This document shows, piece by piece, positions 38,251-51,532 of a stretch of 64,000 nucleotides of DNA. The translations under genes and the position numbers were made by a program. The notes beneath the pieces were generated by a model. That model did not search any database and had not been told where the DNA came from. It saw nothing but the letters and a program-made list of their open reading frames with translations. The stretch is from Octopus sinensis. Taxonomy: Eukaryota. Positions within the stretch are counted from its first letter, which is position 1. Each line of letters begins with the position of its first letter. Where the stretch lies: assembly GCF_006345805.1 (NCBI RefSeq), contig NC_043009.1, positions 36,704,001 through 36,768,000 of the forward strand, read 5' to 3'.

Positions 38251-39463
38251 ATCATCATCATCATCATCATCATTTAGCGTCCGCTTTCCATGCTAGCATG
38301 GGTTGGACGGGTCAACTGGGGTCTGTGAAGCTGGAAGGCTTCGTCAGGGCCAGTCAGATCTGGCAGTGTTTCTACGGCTGGATGCCCTTCCTAACGCCAA
38401 CCACTCCGCGAGTGTAGTGGGTGCTTTTACGTGCCACCTGCACAGGTGCCAGACAGAGCTGGCGAACGGCCACGAACGGATGGTGCTTTTACGTGTCACC
38501 GGCACGGGGCCAGGCGATGCTGGCAACGGACACGAACGGATGGTGCTTTTACGTGCCACCGACACGGGGCCAGACAGAGCTGGCAAACGGCCACGAACGG
38601 ATGGTGCTTTTACGTGTCACCGGCACGGGGGCCAGCCGAGGCTGGCAACGACACGAACGGATGGTGCTTTTACGTGCCACCGACACGGGGCCAGACAGAG
38701 CTGGCAAACGGCCACGAACGGACGGTGCTTTTACGTGTCACCGGCACGGGGGCCAGCCGAGGCTGGTAACGAACACGAACAGATGGTGCTTTTACGTGCC
38801 ACCGACACGGTTGCCAGACCGAGCTGGCAAACGGCCACGAACGGACGGTGCTTTTACGTGTCACCGGCACGGGGGCCAGCCGAGGCTGGCAACGGACACG
38901 AACGGATGGTGCTTTTACGTGCCACCGACACGGGGCCAGACAGAGCTGGCAAACGGCCACGAACGGACGGTGCTTTTACGTGTCACCGGCACGGGGCCAG
39001 GCGAGGCTGGCAACGAACACGAACGGATGGTGCTTTTACGTGCCACCGACACGGGGGCCAGACAGAGCTGGCAAACGGCCACGAGCGAATGGTGCTTTTA
39101 CGTGTCACCGACACGGGGGCCAGACGAGGCTGACAGCGGACACGAACGGATGGGTCACTTAACCCCTGTTTTCTGATATATGATTTGATTTTGATTGTTC
39201 TCACTGGTCTTGCCGGGTCTTCTGACGCATAGCATACTTCCATAGGTCTCGGTCTCTGGTCATTTCCTTGGTGAGACCTAGAGTTCGAAGGTCGTGCTTC
39301 ACCACCTCGACCCAGGTTTTCCTGGGTCTACCTCTTCCACAGGTCCCTCAACTGCCAGGGTGTGGCACTTTTTCACACACCTATCTTCATCCATTCTCGC
39401 ACATGACCATACCAGCGCAATCGTCTCTCTTGCACACAACATCTGATGCCTCTTAGGTCCAAC
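38251..39463 (-). mobile_element. Same RTE fragment, copy 2 (1703-bp tandem duplication)
   Basis: It has the same truncation point, the same frameshifts and the same downstream flank as copy 1. Confidence 0.9.
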
Positions 39464-39686
39464 TTATATATATATATATAGCTATATATTTATACATATG
39501 TAAATATACATCTATCTATCTGTCTGTCTATCTATCTATCTTGCACACAACTCATCTATTTTCTTCCTAAATTCATATTAACAACGGCAATTTCATCACT
39601 GAACTTTTCATAATTATTATGAAGGCATTTTCTGTGAATTCCTGTGAAATACAGGCACACGCACACACACACACACACACACACAA

Positions 39687-39734
<48 letters not shown>

Positions 39735-39811
39735 GCACGGATATATATACTCACATATTCATCCATGTATATATATATATGTATATATATATATATGTAT
39801 ATATAAGTATA

Positions 39812-39851
<40 letters not shown>

Positions 39852-40624
39852 TTATATATACACACATCATTACCATTCCATGTACAGACACAGAGACATT
39901 TACACACTCAAAACACAGCCACAGTTGACTGGCTGGAACTAGTAAAAGACAGAATATGCCGGAATCATGCCATTACACACATACACACACGCACACACAC
40001 ATGCCTGCGCACACACACATGCCTGCTCACACACACATACGCACAATCACGCATTGGTGCACGCACGCACAAACTTGAAAAAAACCCACACACACATGAT
40101 CTCATATGCACAAGCATTTATACAATAATTATATGCATAACCTAAAACCAATGTGCATACACACATGTACAAATTCACATATGCACACATAAGTATACAC
40201 GCATAAATGTATGCACTCCTAGAGATACAGAGGTGCATACGTACACATTTACGTCTAAATACGCATCTACATTTGTATACTGCGCAATTGCTTTAATATA
40301 CATACACTCTTACATATTCACATAGTTATATTCATTTACTATAAATGCATTTGTGTGAATGCATCACTCTCTCTCTCTCTCTTTTACTCGACCCATCTAC
40401 CCACATAAAGACTTATGTAAAGTACACCGTACACCCAGTTATATGTGTTTATGTGTATGCGCGCGCGTGTGTGTGTGTGTGCGTGCGTTTGTGTATATAT
40501 GGATATAGACATGTACAAATATGTATATAAAAATGTATGAATGTGTGTATATATATACATACACCGCCCCCACACAAACACACACATATATATGTATATA
40601 CATATATACATACACACACACACG

Positions 40625-40656
<32 letters not shown>

Positions 40657-40753
40657 CATACCGGAGTAAACACATAAATGTGAAACAAGGTGGAAAAAAG
40701 AGTACTCAAATACCAGGGGTAGAGTAATATGCTTTATTTGCTTTTAAATAAAG

Positions 40754-40784
<31 letters not shown>

Positions 40785-40848
40785 TCATACATGCACACAT
40801 ACGCACATATATAAGCATATATATATATATATATAAATAATAAATATT

Positions 40849-41204
40849 AGGGAATAAATCCAAATTTACAGGGAAAAAATCAGATTTAGGATTAAATCAA
40901 TTTTATAGTAAAATATTATAAAATATTATTAGAGACAAAACCACTATTTTGCAAAACAAACAAGGAAAGACTTAATCAATACATAAAATTTTAATAAATA
41001 GTCAAAAAAACCGCCACTACAATCGTTTCTTGTCTTGATCGATAATTTGACACTGAATTATTGGAAGTCCACCTGAAGATTGTCGATCAAGACAAGAAAC
41101 GATTGTAGTGGCGGTTTTTTGACTATTTATTAAAATTTTATGTATTGATTAGTCTTTCCTTGTTTGTTTTGCAAAATAGTGGTTTTGTCTCTAATAATAT
41201 TTAT
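40849..41204. mobile_element. Head-to-head inverted pair of PLE-pLTR-like arms embedded in (TA)n
   Basis: 40919-41046 is the near-perfect reverse complement of 41079-41204, with a 32-bp spacer. Confidence 0.85.
41069..41111 (+). ncRNA. Predicted minimal type I hammerhead ribozyme with canonical core
   Basis: CCAC-CUGAAGA-UUGUC gaucaa GACAA-GAAA-C gauu G-UA-GUGG. Stem I has 4 bp, stem II has 5 bp, stem III is the near-palindrome ACGAUUGU, and the cleavage triplet GUA is at 41105-41107. Confidence 0.82.
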
Positions 41205-42324
41205 ATATATATATATATATATGTGTATGTATGAATGCACGCGCGCGCGCATATATATGTACTTGTTTGTGTGTGTGCGTGCGTGTGCATGTGTGTGTAT
41301 GCGTGCGTGTGTGCATGTGTATATGTGCAAGTGTGTATGTGTGTGTGTGTGTGTAATTTGATTTAGAATGCCTCATATTCAGTATTCAGAAACCTGAAGT
41401 CTTTATGGATGATAAATTATGTATGCTTTTATGTATGTATATATAAATGTATGTGTGTGTGGTGTGTGTGTGTAAGTATACGTGTTTGTATGTGTCTGTG
41501 TGTGTTTTGTATGTGCGTAGGTATGTGCGTATGAATATGTGCATCTGTAAACTTCAATGGAGGTCGTTCAACTTTGAAATGCTAAGCGCCGAAGAAATCT
41601 CTCTGTTCTCATTACTGAAGCAGACGACGGACTAAAACAGTTACTGAGGCAATTAAGTCACTTTCACACGGACACACACAAAACATTTATCATAATGAGA
41701 CCAACCAAAGCGTCATTAACCAACCTCTTTTTACTTTCAGTTCTTAAACACACACACACACACACACAGAGTTCTACACGTATACATCTATTTATTCATT
41801 CAAACATACATATTTAGACGCACGCATAAATGCATACATATTAGGAATTAAAAACAACAGCCAAATTAAAGAACAAACGATCTGATATTGTTGTCTGACA
41901 GCACAAAATTAAAACAGGCTCAGTTTTCGAAGTCAGCTGTCCTTTTTGCTTGCAACGAAACAATAAAAGTACAGGGGAAAGAAAGACATCAGTGGACCAT
42001 TGGTATGGAGTCTGCAAATCCAGTCAGCCACATATATTTTTCAGCCATTATAATTAAGGCAACACGATATGTAAGCACTCTTCCTGGATTAAAGTTTAGT
42101 TGAATTTGGGTTCTTAAAAAAAGAATGTCGGTGATTACAATATTTGGCACAATAAATGAATCAATATCTGTTATTTAAAAGGTAAACGGTTGCAAAAAAA
42201 AAAAAAATGGCGACAAAAAGAACACAGTCATCTTTTCTTTAAAGCTCTTTTCTTTTTGTCCTTGCCATCGAGTAGTTGGCCGTTCCGAAGCTTTAAATCT
42301 CCTACCAGGAAGATAATTTATATG

Positions 42325-42370
<46 letters not shown>

Positions 42371-43029
42371 CCTATTCTTAATGTGTATTTTTTCATTCAT
42401 TTAATAATTGAACGCCACGAAGCCTTTGTCAACAATAAGAATTTACATTTATCTATAATTTCTGCGACTCTGCACTCTGTTCTCGCTCTATTTTCTTTTC
42501 TTTCTCTCTATCCTTCTATCATCCCCTATATTTTTTCTCCTACTTCTTTGCTGTCCCGTCTGTCTTTGTTTCACTCTCTACTATCTTTCTTTCATTCTCC
42601 CTTCTCCTCACTCCCTTTTGTTTCTTTCCCTCATCCTCTCTCTTGTCCCCCTTCCCCCTACCTGTTGCTCACATGTGACTATAGGCCACTTTTCTTGTCC
42701 CCCTGTCGTTTCTGGATTGGACGGCTAGCTAGCCGTATGTCATATCTCTCACCTCTCGATATTTTTTCTACTCTACTATTTATTCTATATCCTTTCAAAA
42801 TTTCTCCTAGGCGTTACCCATTATAATGCGTCATTGCCCAACGGCCCTTAATGTCTGTCTTCATCGATTGTTTACTTCCATACGTCCACTCTGGTGCCGT
42901 TTGTTCGTTCGATGCCCTAACCATCCACAAATTTTATATTTTAAACATTTCTGGATGCTGCTGTCTGATGAAGTTTTCCTGTCTTGTCGTTAAAGCACGA
43001 AACAAGGAGTAATATCACAGTCGACAACT

Positions 43030-43640
43030 GAGAAGGGGTTAGACTTCTTTTTTGTATTTGTCCCGTTCCTCTTTCGTTTTTTTTACCACTTCAAATTCCT
43101 CCTCTATTCCTGTTGTCTCCTTCTCATATTCCTGCACCACATCATTCACCCTTTCCTGCTCCTCAGACTGTTCCATTTGTTGTTCCTTCTCGCCTTTATG
43201 TGGTCTTTCTCGCCACACAAGGAACATATGGGAAGCCTATTCTCTACTACCACTATCAATCTCATATCTTCGGGTAGGATAATTTCTTCCGGAATTTTAT
43301 TCACGTCACTCACACTTGCCTGTACTGCCATTTCGAGTCAATATCTCAATTAGTTCATTCTTTTCGTTCTTGTTACTTTCAGGATTTTCGCGTCCTCCTC
43401 CATATTGTACATGACTGCGGAAACTAACCATGTTTCATTCAACTCCGGTGGCACTTTTCCCACCATCACTCTGACAACTCGCTTGCCACAATATGTTGGT
43501 AGGAGCACCCATTCTTCTGTCTTTATGGCATCAGTGGAATGTTTTATCGCTTTGCTTTCGCTTGCGAATCGCACCTCCACTGTGCCATATCTTCTTCGTC
43601 TTGTTATAAACGTGGTGACCTTTTTGACCTCTTAAACACT
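43030..43640 (-). pseudogene. Decayed gag-like ORF1 of a non-LTR retrotransposon
   Basis: Fragments read VRVMVGKVPPELNETWLVSAV (RRM-like) and LIVVVENRLPICSLCGEKDHIKA (C-x2-C-x4-H knuckle lacking the final Cys), followed by an acidic/basic tail. Confidence 0.6.
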
Positions 43641-44155
43641 TCTCAATCTCTTGTATAGTAGCTATTCAGTGTTGGTAATCGTAGTTTTGACGGTGATTGT
43701 GGTGAAAGCAGAGACAGTGTTGATGATGACGATGGTCGAGATAAATATGGGAAGAGGATAAAATAGTATCGATGGTTATAATGGTGACAGGAGCGGTGTG
43801 ATGTGAGGTGGAAATGAGCTGCTTGGCGGAGGTCTGCGCTCTCCGAGTGCTTTTCTAGTTTAAAGCAAGTTGACGTCGATTCTTCTTTTAATAAATAATA
43901 CTTTATAGTTCCGTGTTCATTGTATTTTGTTATTTACATGTGGAAAAGTAAAAAAAAAAGAAAGAAAAAAGAAAATAGACACAAAGAGAGCGAGACGAAA
44001 TAAGCCGTCGCCGACAACAACAAAATCTAGATCAAGGACAATGGTGGCGACGACGACAGCAACAGGAGCAACCATAACAACAACAATGGTGACACCACCA
44101 CCACCACCACCACCACCATCAAAACCACCACCGCCATCACCACCGCCACCACCAC

Positions 44156-44209
<54 letters not shown>

Positions 44210-44894
44210 CTACAAGCTAAGAAATGAAAGGTTTTATGTAAATATTTTCTTATTGCGTAAGATTGAATGAATCATCTTTACTAGGAACTATAATAGTTTT
44301 CCAAGAAATCCTTCCCCTCTTTGTGTGTGTGTGCCACCCTATATATATATATATATATTATATATATATATATATATATATTATATACTTTTATGTGCAT
44401 ACACACACACACACACACATGCATGTGCTTTGTGTCCAACTCTCCTTTTGCTCGTCCCACTGCTACGGTACTACTGTAAACATGTCTGAATTTCTTGGAA
44501 ACGCCGGCAGGTCCTTTACCTATTAAATAATTAAGTGGAACATTGACTTTAGAAAAATTTGCTGCAGGTACCTAACTATGAAACAATATTTATCACCTGT
44601 GGATCATGAAACAGGGACAACTGAAGAAGGGGAATATTCCGTGTGTCTCGTTTCTCCGTTTTTTTCCGTTGTTTAAAAAAAAGTTCGTTTCTATGTTTTT
44701 GTTTTTGTGTTTTTGTTTCTCATTGTGTTCAACATTTTTTTTTGATGTCCTGTACCCATATATGCATGTATATATACATATATATGTAGGTATGTACATA
44801 TATGTATGTATATATTTATATATTATATATATATATATATAATACATACATACATACATACATACATACATACATACATGAATACATACATACA

Positions 44895-44953
<59 letters not shown>

Positions 44954-45167
44954 GTGCGCGCGTGTGTGTCTGTGTATATGTATGTACAGATATACACAGA
45001 CACACGCGCGCACATATAAATATATATATATTATATATATATATATATATATATGCATGTATGTATGTATGCATGTATGTATGTATATATGTATGTATGT
45101 ATGTATATATATATAATATATAATATATAAATATATACATACAATATATTCATGTTTCAGATATATA

Positions 45168-46434
45168 TTGGGTCATCCCATAAATAACACGGTTTTTTTA
45201 ATTGCATGAACTAAAAGTCGGAGGGGGACGGGATAAGCTACCTGCATCAACTTGCTATAGAAGCAAGTAGAAACTTTACCTTGTACTTATTCCTAGTGCA
45301 AGGTTTGAAGAGTGTAGTTCGGTTTTAACCGTTATTTTTTTCAAAACTATAATGGAAGTGACAAAGGAGCATCTTCGGCATGTTTCGCTTTATGAGTTCA
45401 ATTTAGACAACAACGCAACGGAAAGTGCGAGAAATATTAATGCTGTATATCGGCATCGGATAATAAGCGTAAGCCCATTTCAACAGCGGTTCCAGAAATT
45501 TTGAGCCAGAAACTACAGCCTAGAAGACGTCTTGGAAGGTCTGCAGAGCTCGACGAGGACGTCCTGCAAACCCTGGTGGAACAAAATCCCATCGTAACTC
45601 TTGAGGAACTAGCAGATAAACTTGGATTTGATCATTCAACCATTCATCGACACCTGCATACCATCGGAAGCGTCAGCAAATTCGGTCAATGGGTTCCTCA
45701 CAAGCTTTCCGCGCCCAGGGAGTGAATGTGTGCTCTTCTTTGCTGTCATATCTCACGGATGAACCTTTTTTGGACCAAATACTGACTGGTGACGAGAAAT
45801 GGATTCTCTATAAAAATGTCAAGCGCCGAAGACAATGGGTAGAGAAAGGAGAAACACCGGCACTCCATGTTAAAGACGGTCTTCACCCACGTAAGGTGTT
45901 GTAATCTGTTTGGTGGGATATGAAAGGTTTAGTTCACTTTGAATTTTTAAACCCAAACAAAACGATAACAAAGGAGATCTACTGCGAGCAGCTTGAGCAG
46001 CATAAGTCAGTGGTAGAAGAAAAACGACCATCTTTGTTTTCAAGACACAAAGGTGTTCTTCCATCAGGATAATGCTCAGCCACATACAGCGAGGATGACA
46101 CTCCAAAGGCTGGAACAATTTGAATGTGAAACGATGCCCCACCCACCATATTCGTCAGACACTGCCCCATCTGATTATCATTTATTCCGCAGTCTTTAAA
46201 ATCATTTATACGGAAAAAATATGATTTCTGTAGATGAGGTCAGAAGAGCAGCGGAGGAATATTTTTCGTCACGGACAAAGGAATTTTGGAAGAGTGGCCT
46301 TGCAAATCTACCAGAAGAGCTTTGTAGAAAATGAAGGACAGTATATTTTAGATTAAAAAAAAAGACTTTATTTATCTTAATTTTGAAAAATAAAAGAAGT
46401 ATCAAAGAACCGTATTATTTATGGGATGACCCAA
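45168..46434 (+). mobile_element. Full-length mariner (DD34D) with pseudogenised transposase
   Basis: TA-flanked TIRs ttgggtcatcccataaata. Motifs WVPHKL, TGDEKWILY, HQDNAQPH and HPPYSSDTAPSDY are present, with frameshifts and stops. Confidence 0.95.
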
Positions 46435-47174
46435 TATATAGCTCCTTATTTGGTGTATGTATTTGTATATTTGTATCATGCCGACACTATATCTTTACAT
46501 TCCAACTTTATATTTTATTTTTTGTACCTGTACTTTTTTTTACGTAGTTAATTTCATTTTTCTAGTTATGTATATATCTTCTCCCAAACATTACATTTCA
46601 TTAATCTACATACAGTCATCGCTAATTTATTTTATCATATTTTATCATTCCAAACTTACTTGTTATCACAGATTTAAAATCATATTAATTTATGAATATG
46701 AGTTCAAAGTCCATTACTTACATTATACTCCCCTCACATTTCTTATAACTTTAGAGGGTTTTAAATACCTAGGGTTATATTCGATGAGGCCGGAAAGTGG
46801 TTTTGTTTTCTTATTCTGAACTCAATAACTTGGACAAAATACAACAATCTGGCCAAGACCTGAACAAGTGATTTAAGCGAATATTTTAAAATCAGTATCT
46901 TTCGCAGTCTCACTGAGTCACGTTTGTTGTGTGACTCAGGGATTCCGCCATGACTTACTTGGGTGGCAGACTTAATCCATCACCCGGTTTGGAACCAAAA
47001 TTACATCTGGTACTTTGGAGCCTTTATCAGAGTCCACTCTGCTGCAAGCATTTGAGGCGAGATGTCCGATATTGGATGCCTTTCCCCCGCCTGTTACTGG
47101 AGGAATTGTAAAGGGCGATGAACACTGTATCCTTTTGGAGTAAAAGCTAGAAAAAAACTGCAACAGAGCTGCAT

Positions 47175-47385
47175 GATAGTGGTGTCAGACGTCACACAGA
47201 GACCATCATATAACTTGTTCGACATTGCGCTTCTATTCTTCACTTCCGTTTTATTTTGATATGCGCATTGCGTTTTACTTCTCTTCTGTTTTACGAATTC
47301 AGTGTGCATATGCGCATTGCGTGCTCATTCTCCTTTTCCTGGTTCCCACTGAAAACTGTTTACAGACCATAACCATCTCACGAAC
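47175..47385 (-). repeat. Unclassified interspersed repeat (second copy of 26900-27120)
   Basis: Alignment by eye to 26900-27120. Confidence 0.7.
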
Positions 47386-47429
47386 GTAGTGGATGGTTGT
47401 GAAAAACAAAAACAAAGCATCAGAAACGT

Positions 47430-47790
47430 TTCTATAACTGTTACATTCGATTTACAAGTAGCGTAAAACATCTTTGGTGAAAAGTATATCCAGCACTAAA
47501 ACAAATTTCTTGGGCTTTAGCACAAACAGTGAAGCAACGAAGGGGACAATTTGCTGGTCACTGCTTCAGAATAAAAGATGAGTTAGTGTCATCAATAGTC
47601 CTTTGATGAATTTAGTCAACTGGTAGGAAACGTTGCAGGCTATCCTATGCACACGTGAGATTTCAGGTATGCGTTACAAGATCTTGGAGTGGTAGTATCT
47701 GGGAAGGAATTGCGAGTGGACTCGCCAAATGATGATGAGGAGGAGGAAGACGACGACGACGATCATGAAGATGATGATGATGATGAAGAT
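47430..47790 (+). pseudogene. Decayed RTE-clade LINE 3' fragment
   Basis: AQTVKQRRGQFAGHCFRIKDELVSSIVL from 47520, then a (GAT/GAC)n tail. Homologous to 1160-1400. Confidence 0.7.
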
Positions 47791-48214
47791 GATATTGTTT
47801 AGACCATCTACTACGGACTAATCAAAAATTATTATCACATTCAACCCCTACATTTTAGTTTTCCTCCCACATACTTCTTCAGTTTGTTCATTTTTCTTCT
47901 GCAAGAGACTGCAACTGTCATGCCTAGAATATTTACTTCCCACCCTTTAATATTTGTAGGTCCCAAATTTCATGAAATGTGACTAGTGAATTCACATTTT
48001 ATTTACCTACAATACTAGTGTTAACATTCTACTACTAACATTTATAACTTACAAAACTCCAAATATATACCTCCCTCTATCCAATAACTGTTTACTAACA
48101 TACTCCCATAATCCACTTATCAGAAAAATACCCACAATTCTAGTACTCCAAAAGGCACTTATATGTTAACACCCGTTCTTGCAATTAGGATACACCGACT
48201 ATAGTTTAGACGTA

Positions 48215-48346
48215 TGTGGCAAGAAGCTTGCTTCAGAGACACATGATTCCGGATTCAGTCCCATTGCCAGGCACTTCTACTATAGTCTCGGGCCGACCAA
48301 AGCCTTGTGAGTAGATTTGGTAGACAGAAAGTGAAAAAAGTATGTC

Positions 48347-48404
<58 letters not shown>

Positions 48405-48885
48405 GGGAGAATTCACGAAAAAAAAACCCCAAAAATAAAAGACGAAGACAGGTGGTGTAGAAAAACAAACAGATGTATTAGTATAACGCTCGGGAATTGA
48501 AAACGTCTTTTATGTTTCGAGCCTACGCTCTTCCACAGAATGGAACACAGAAGAAACAAGGATAGAAAAAAGTGTGGTATTGGCTACAGATCTATTATGG
48601 CGATATATATATAATATATATATATATTATATATATATAATATATATATATAGTATATATCTAGGTGTGTGTGTGTGTCTGTATTTGTCCCGCTTACATC
48701 GCTTGTCAACCGATGCTGGTGTATTTATGTCCCCATAACTTAGCGGGCAGCAAAAGAGACCTATAGAATAAGTAGTAAGCTTACAAAGAATAAGTTCTGG
48801 TGTCGATTTCTTCGACTAAAGCCCTTTAAGGTGGTCTCCAGCACGACCGCAGTCAAATGACCTAACCCAGTAAAAGAATTAAAAA
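48215..48885 (+). mobile_element. SINE family A split by an insertion in its central microsatellite
   Basis: The 5' half is at 48215-48340 and the 3' half at 48665-48885, with the hammerhead-motif repeat at 48405-48603 between (TA)n tracts. Confidence 0.8.
48405..48603 (-). mobile_element. Short PLE-pLTR-like repeat with variant hammerhead motif (copy 3)
   Basis: Minus strand 48507-48542 reads CTGTGGA A GAGC gtag GCTC GAAA CATA AAAG. Confidence 0.7.
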
Positions 48886-48960
48886 ATAAAGAATACACAC
48901 ACACACACACACAGAGTTATATTTTTGTTTATTATATAGACAGTGCTGAGAAGTTCTCAG

Positions 48961-49922
48961 ACAACATGTACTCAGCCATAAAACCGGTGTATACAAATTA
49001 TTAAAATATATGTAATGTATCACTCGTTAAAATGTTAAAAATTTACAGATGCATAAATATATACAAATATAATACACATATATGGGTAGAAAAACTATAC
49101 TGATGTATAAAAATATATTAGCATCTTAAAAGGTATATATTAAAGACATCGTGCTACTTACAGATAAGAAGCGTTGTTAAAAAGATATTAAAAAAAATAT
49201 TAAGAAATAAAAGTGTAAATATTCACGAAAAGGTGAATAAAAAAATGGTTAAGCATCGAGATGGAAGGTAAAGTTTCCAATGATAATATGGTGGTACTCA
49301 AATTTCATGAATTAAGTGATGATACTCTGAATGCCATTTCAAGGGTACAGTAATCTATACAAATAAAGGATATTCGCAGCCAAATTTGAGACACTGCATC
49401 CTTCATCAGGGAGCATGTATTAGTTAAGGATTCACATCTCATATACTGTCATAATGAATAAATGAGTGTTTGGTTTTATAAGGAGCTGTACGTGTTAACA
49501 GGAATATTATAGCAAAAATTTGTGAGAAGTAAATTTAGAAGATATGGTAGATTATAAGCAAGTAATTATTCACTAAGAAGAAGGTTCAGGAGTGCGAGAA
49601 TAAATGTTAGGTGGAATGTAGTTAATTATAGATTTTAAATATTGAATGATATTTATGGTTACAAGAGAACATAGCATGAGAGAACTTATTCAATAATGTA
49701 GAGTTATATCAACAGAGAATGTTTATAGATTCTTTGATACATAATTTACATACACGCATGATTGTATTATACGGAAGGGCTTCTGCTATTATAGAACAAG
49801 ATAATGAATATTGTATATTCTTTAGCTTAATTTCATGTATATATATGGCTAGCTGGTTTTATTGGTGAGTATATGTTGTATTATTATTCTAAATGTTGAA
49901 CCTACCTGAATTCTCCTTTTTA

Positions 49923-49930
<8 letters not shown>
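48961..49930 (-). pseudogene. Second PLE family: GIY-YIG endonuclease C-terminus + 3' region, with inverted ends
   Basis: Minus strand 49853-49622 encodes LAIYIHEIKLKNIQYSLSCSIIAEALPYNTIMRVCKLCIKESINILC*YNSTLLNKFSHAMFSCNHK, a typical PLE endonuclease tail. 48961-49340 recurs at 62360-63120. Confidence 0.75.
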
Positions 49931-49980
<50 letters not shown>

Positions 49981-50171
49981 CTAACGACAACATTATAATT
50001 ATATATATATATAGATAGATAAGAAATTTGAAAAGCTAAACGCGAAACCGGTCTTTCTTCTAAACTATGTCATTGTAATAAAAAAATTTTTTAATATTCT
50101 TCAGACATATTGACGCAAATATATATATTCTTTAACCTTTAAGCCTTCTGTAGTTTTTTCACTTTTTACTA

Positions 50172-50267
<96 letters not shown>

Positions 50268-50268
<1 letters not shown>

Positions 50269-50448
50269 GGAAAGTTTACGAAAATAACAAAAGACGAAGG
50301 CAGGTGGAGTACAACAAAGTATTAGTATAGCGTTAGGCTTAGAAAAAGTCGTTTACGTTTCGAGCCTACGTTCTTCGACAGAAATATACACATAAAAAAA
50401 ACAAGGAGAGAAAAAAATGCGTGTAGTAGCTAACGATCTATCATGGCG
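50268..50448 (-). mobile_element. Short PLE-pLTR-like repeat with variant hammerhead motif (copy 4)
   Basis: Minus strand 50351-50384 reads CTGTCGA A GAAC gtag GCTC GAAA CGTA AAC. Confidence 0.65.
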
Positions 50449-50514
50449 TCTTGGCTTCGGACAATGGTCAGACGCGAGAGGGACAGTAGGGGAGATAACA
50501 AGGTCAATTGACTT

Positions 50515-51321
50515 CGTCGTTAGTAATGGGTGGGGAGAAAGTTACTGACTCAACAACTACATAAAATATGACTGTTCAGAAAATTTTTAAAGCGTGCTTT
50601 TTTTCGGACTTATGAACAACTGACCAATTATTTCTCGCTCTCTCTCTCTCTCTCTCATTCTCCCTCCCCTCCCTCTCTCTATATATATACATATACATAT
50701 ACATACACACACACGCACGCACACACACGCACATATATATATGTGTACATATTTATGTGTGTTTGACCCTGGGTTTGTCCCCCCAACCATCACTTGAAAA
50801 CCGATGTTGGTGTGTTTACGTCTCCATAACTTAGCGCTCCGGCAAAACGGACCGATAGAATAAGTATTAGGGTCGATTTGTTCGATATATTCTTTTATTA
50901 TTTCATTTGTTTCAGTCATTTGACTGCGGCCATGCTGGAGCACCACCTTTAGTCGAACAAATCGACCCTAGTACTTATTCTATCGGTCTGTTTTGCCGGA
51001 GCGCTAAGTTATGGAGACGTAAACACACCAACATCGGTTGTCAAGTGATGGTTGGGGGGACAAACCCAGGGTCAAACACACATAAATATGTACACATATA
51101 TATATGTGCGTGTGTGTGCGTGCGTGTGTGTGTATGTATATGTATATGTATATATATAGAGAGAGGGAGGGGAGGGAGAATGAGAGAGAGAGAGAGAGCG
51201 AGAAATAATTGGTCAGTTGTTCATAAGTCCGAAAAAAAGCACGCTTTAAAAATTTTCTGAACAGTCATATTTTATGTAGTTGTTGAGTCAGTAACTTTCT
51301 CCCCACCCATTACTAACGACG
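50515..51321. repeat. Fold-back inverted duplication (about 370-bp arms) including part of a SINE A
   Basis: 50515-50885 is the reverse complement of 50953-51321 with few substitutions. The 67-bp spacer is the rest of the minus-strand SINE. Confidence 0.92.
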
Positions 51322-51532
51322 TGATCACGATATATATATATATCAGTAATAATATAGGGTGAAATTAATTAATTTGGAATAATCATTAATTTCACCAAGT
51401 AGATTTCGGCATGTAAAAAGCCTCATTCGAGGAAAGTTTAAGTAATACTAAGTAATTAAGGGTTTAGCAACGATTTGCCTCACCACACACCGAATTTAGA
51501 AATAGCAGTCAATATATATATATATATATATC

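Noticed and set aside
42995-43015. CTGATGA...GAAAC at about 42965-43010
   Set aside because: Stem II is irregular and there is no stem I pairing. It is compatible with chance or heavy decay.
46972-47163. Short open frames in a unique region (e.g. GTKITSGTLEPLSESTLLQAF...) and a 27-bp hairpin at about 46915
   Set aside because: There is no recognisable motif or convincing splice sites, and a 9-bp stem is within chance expectation.
51395-51435. Minus-strand GGC/GCC stem + GAAA in a pLTR-like repeat; similar partial motifs near 5680, 44628, 49410, 61880 and 62270
   Set aside because: Each lacks at least one essential core box or stem I.
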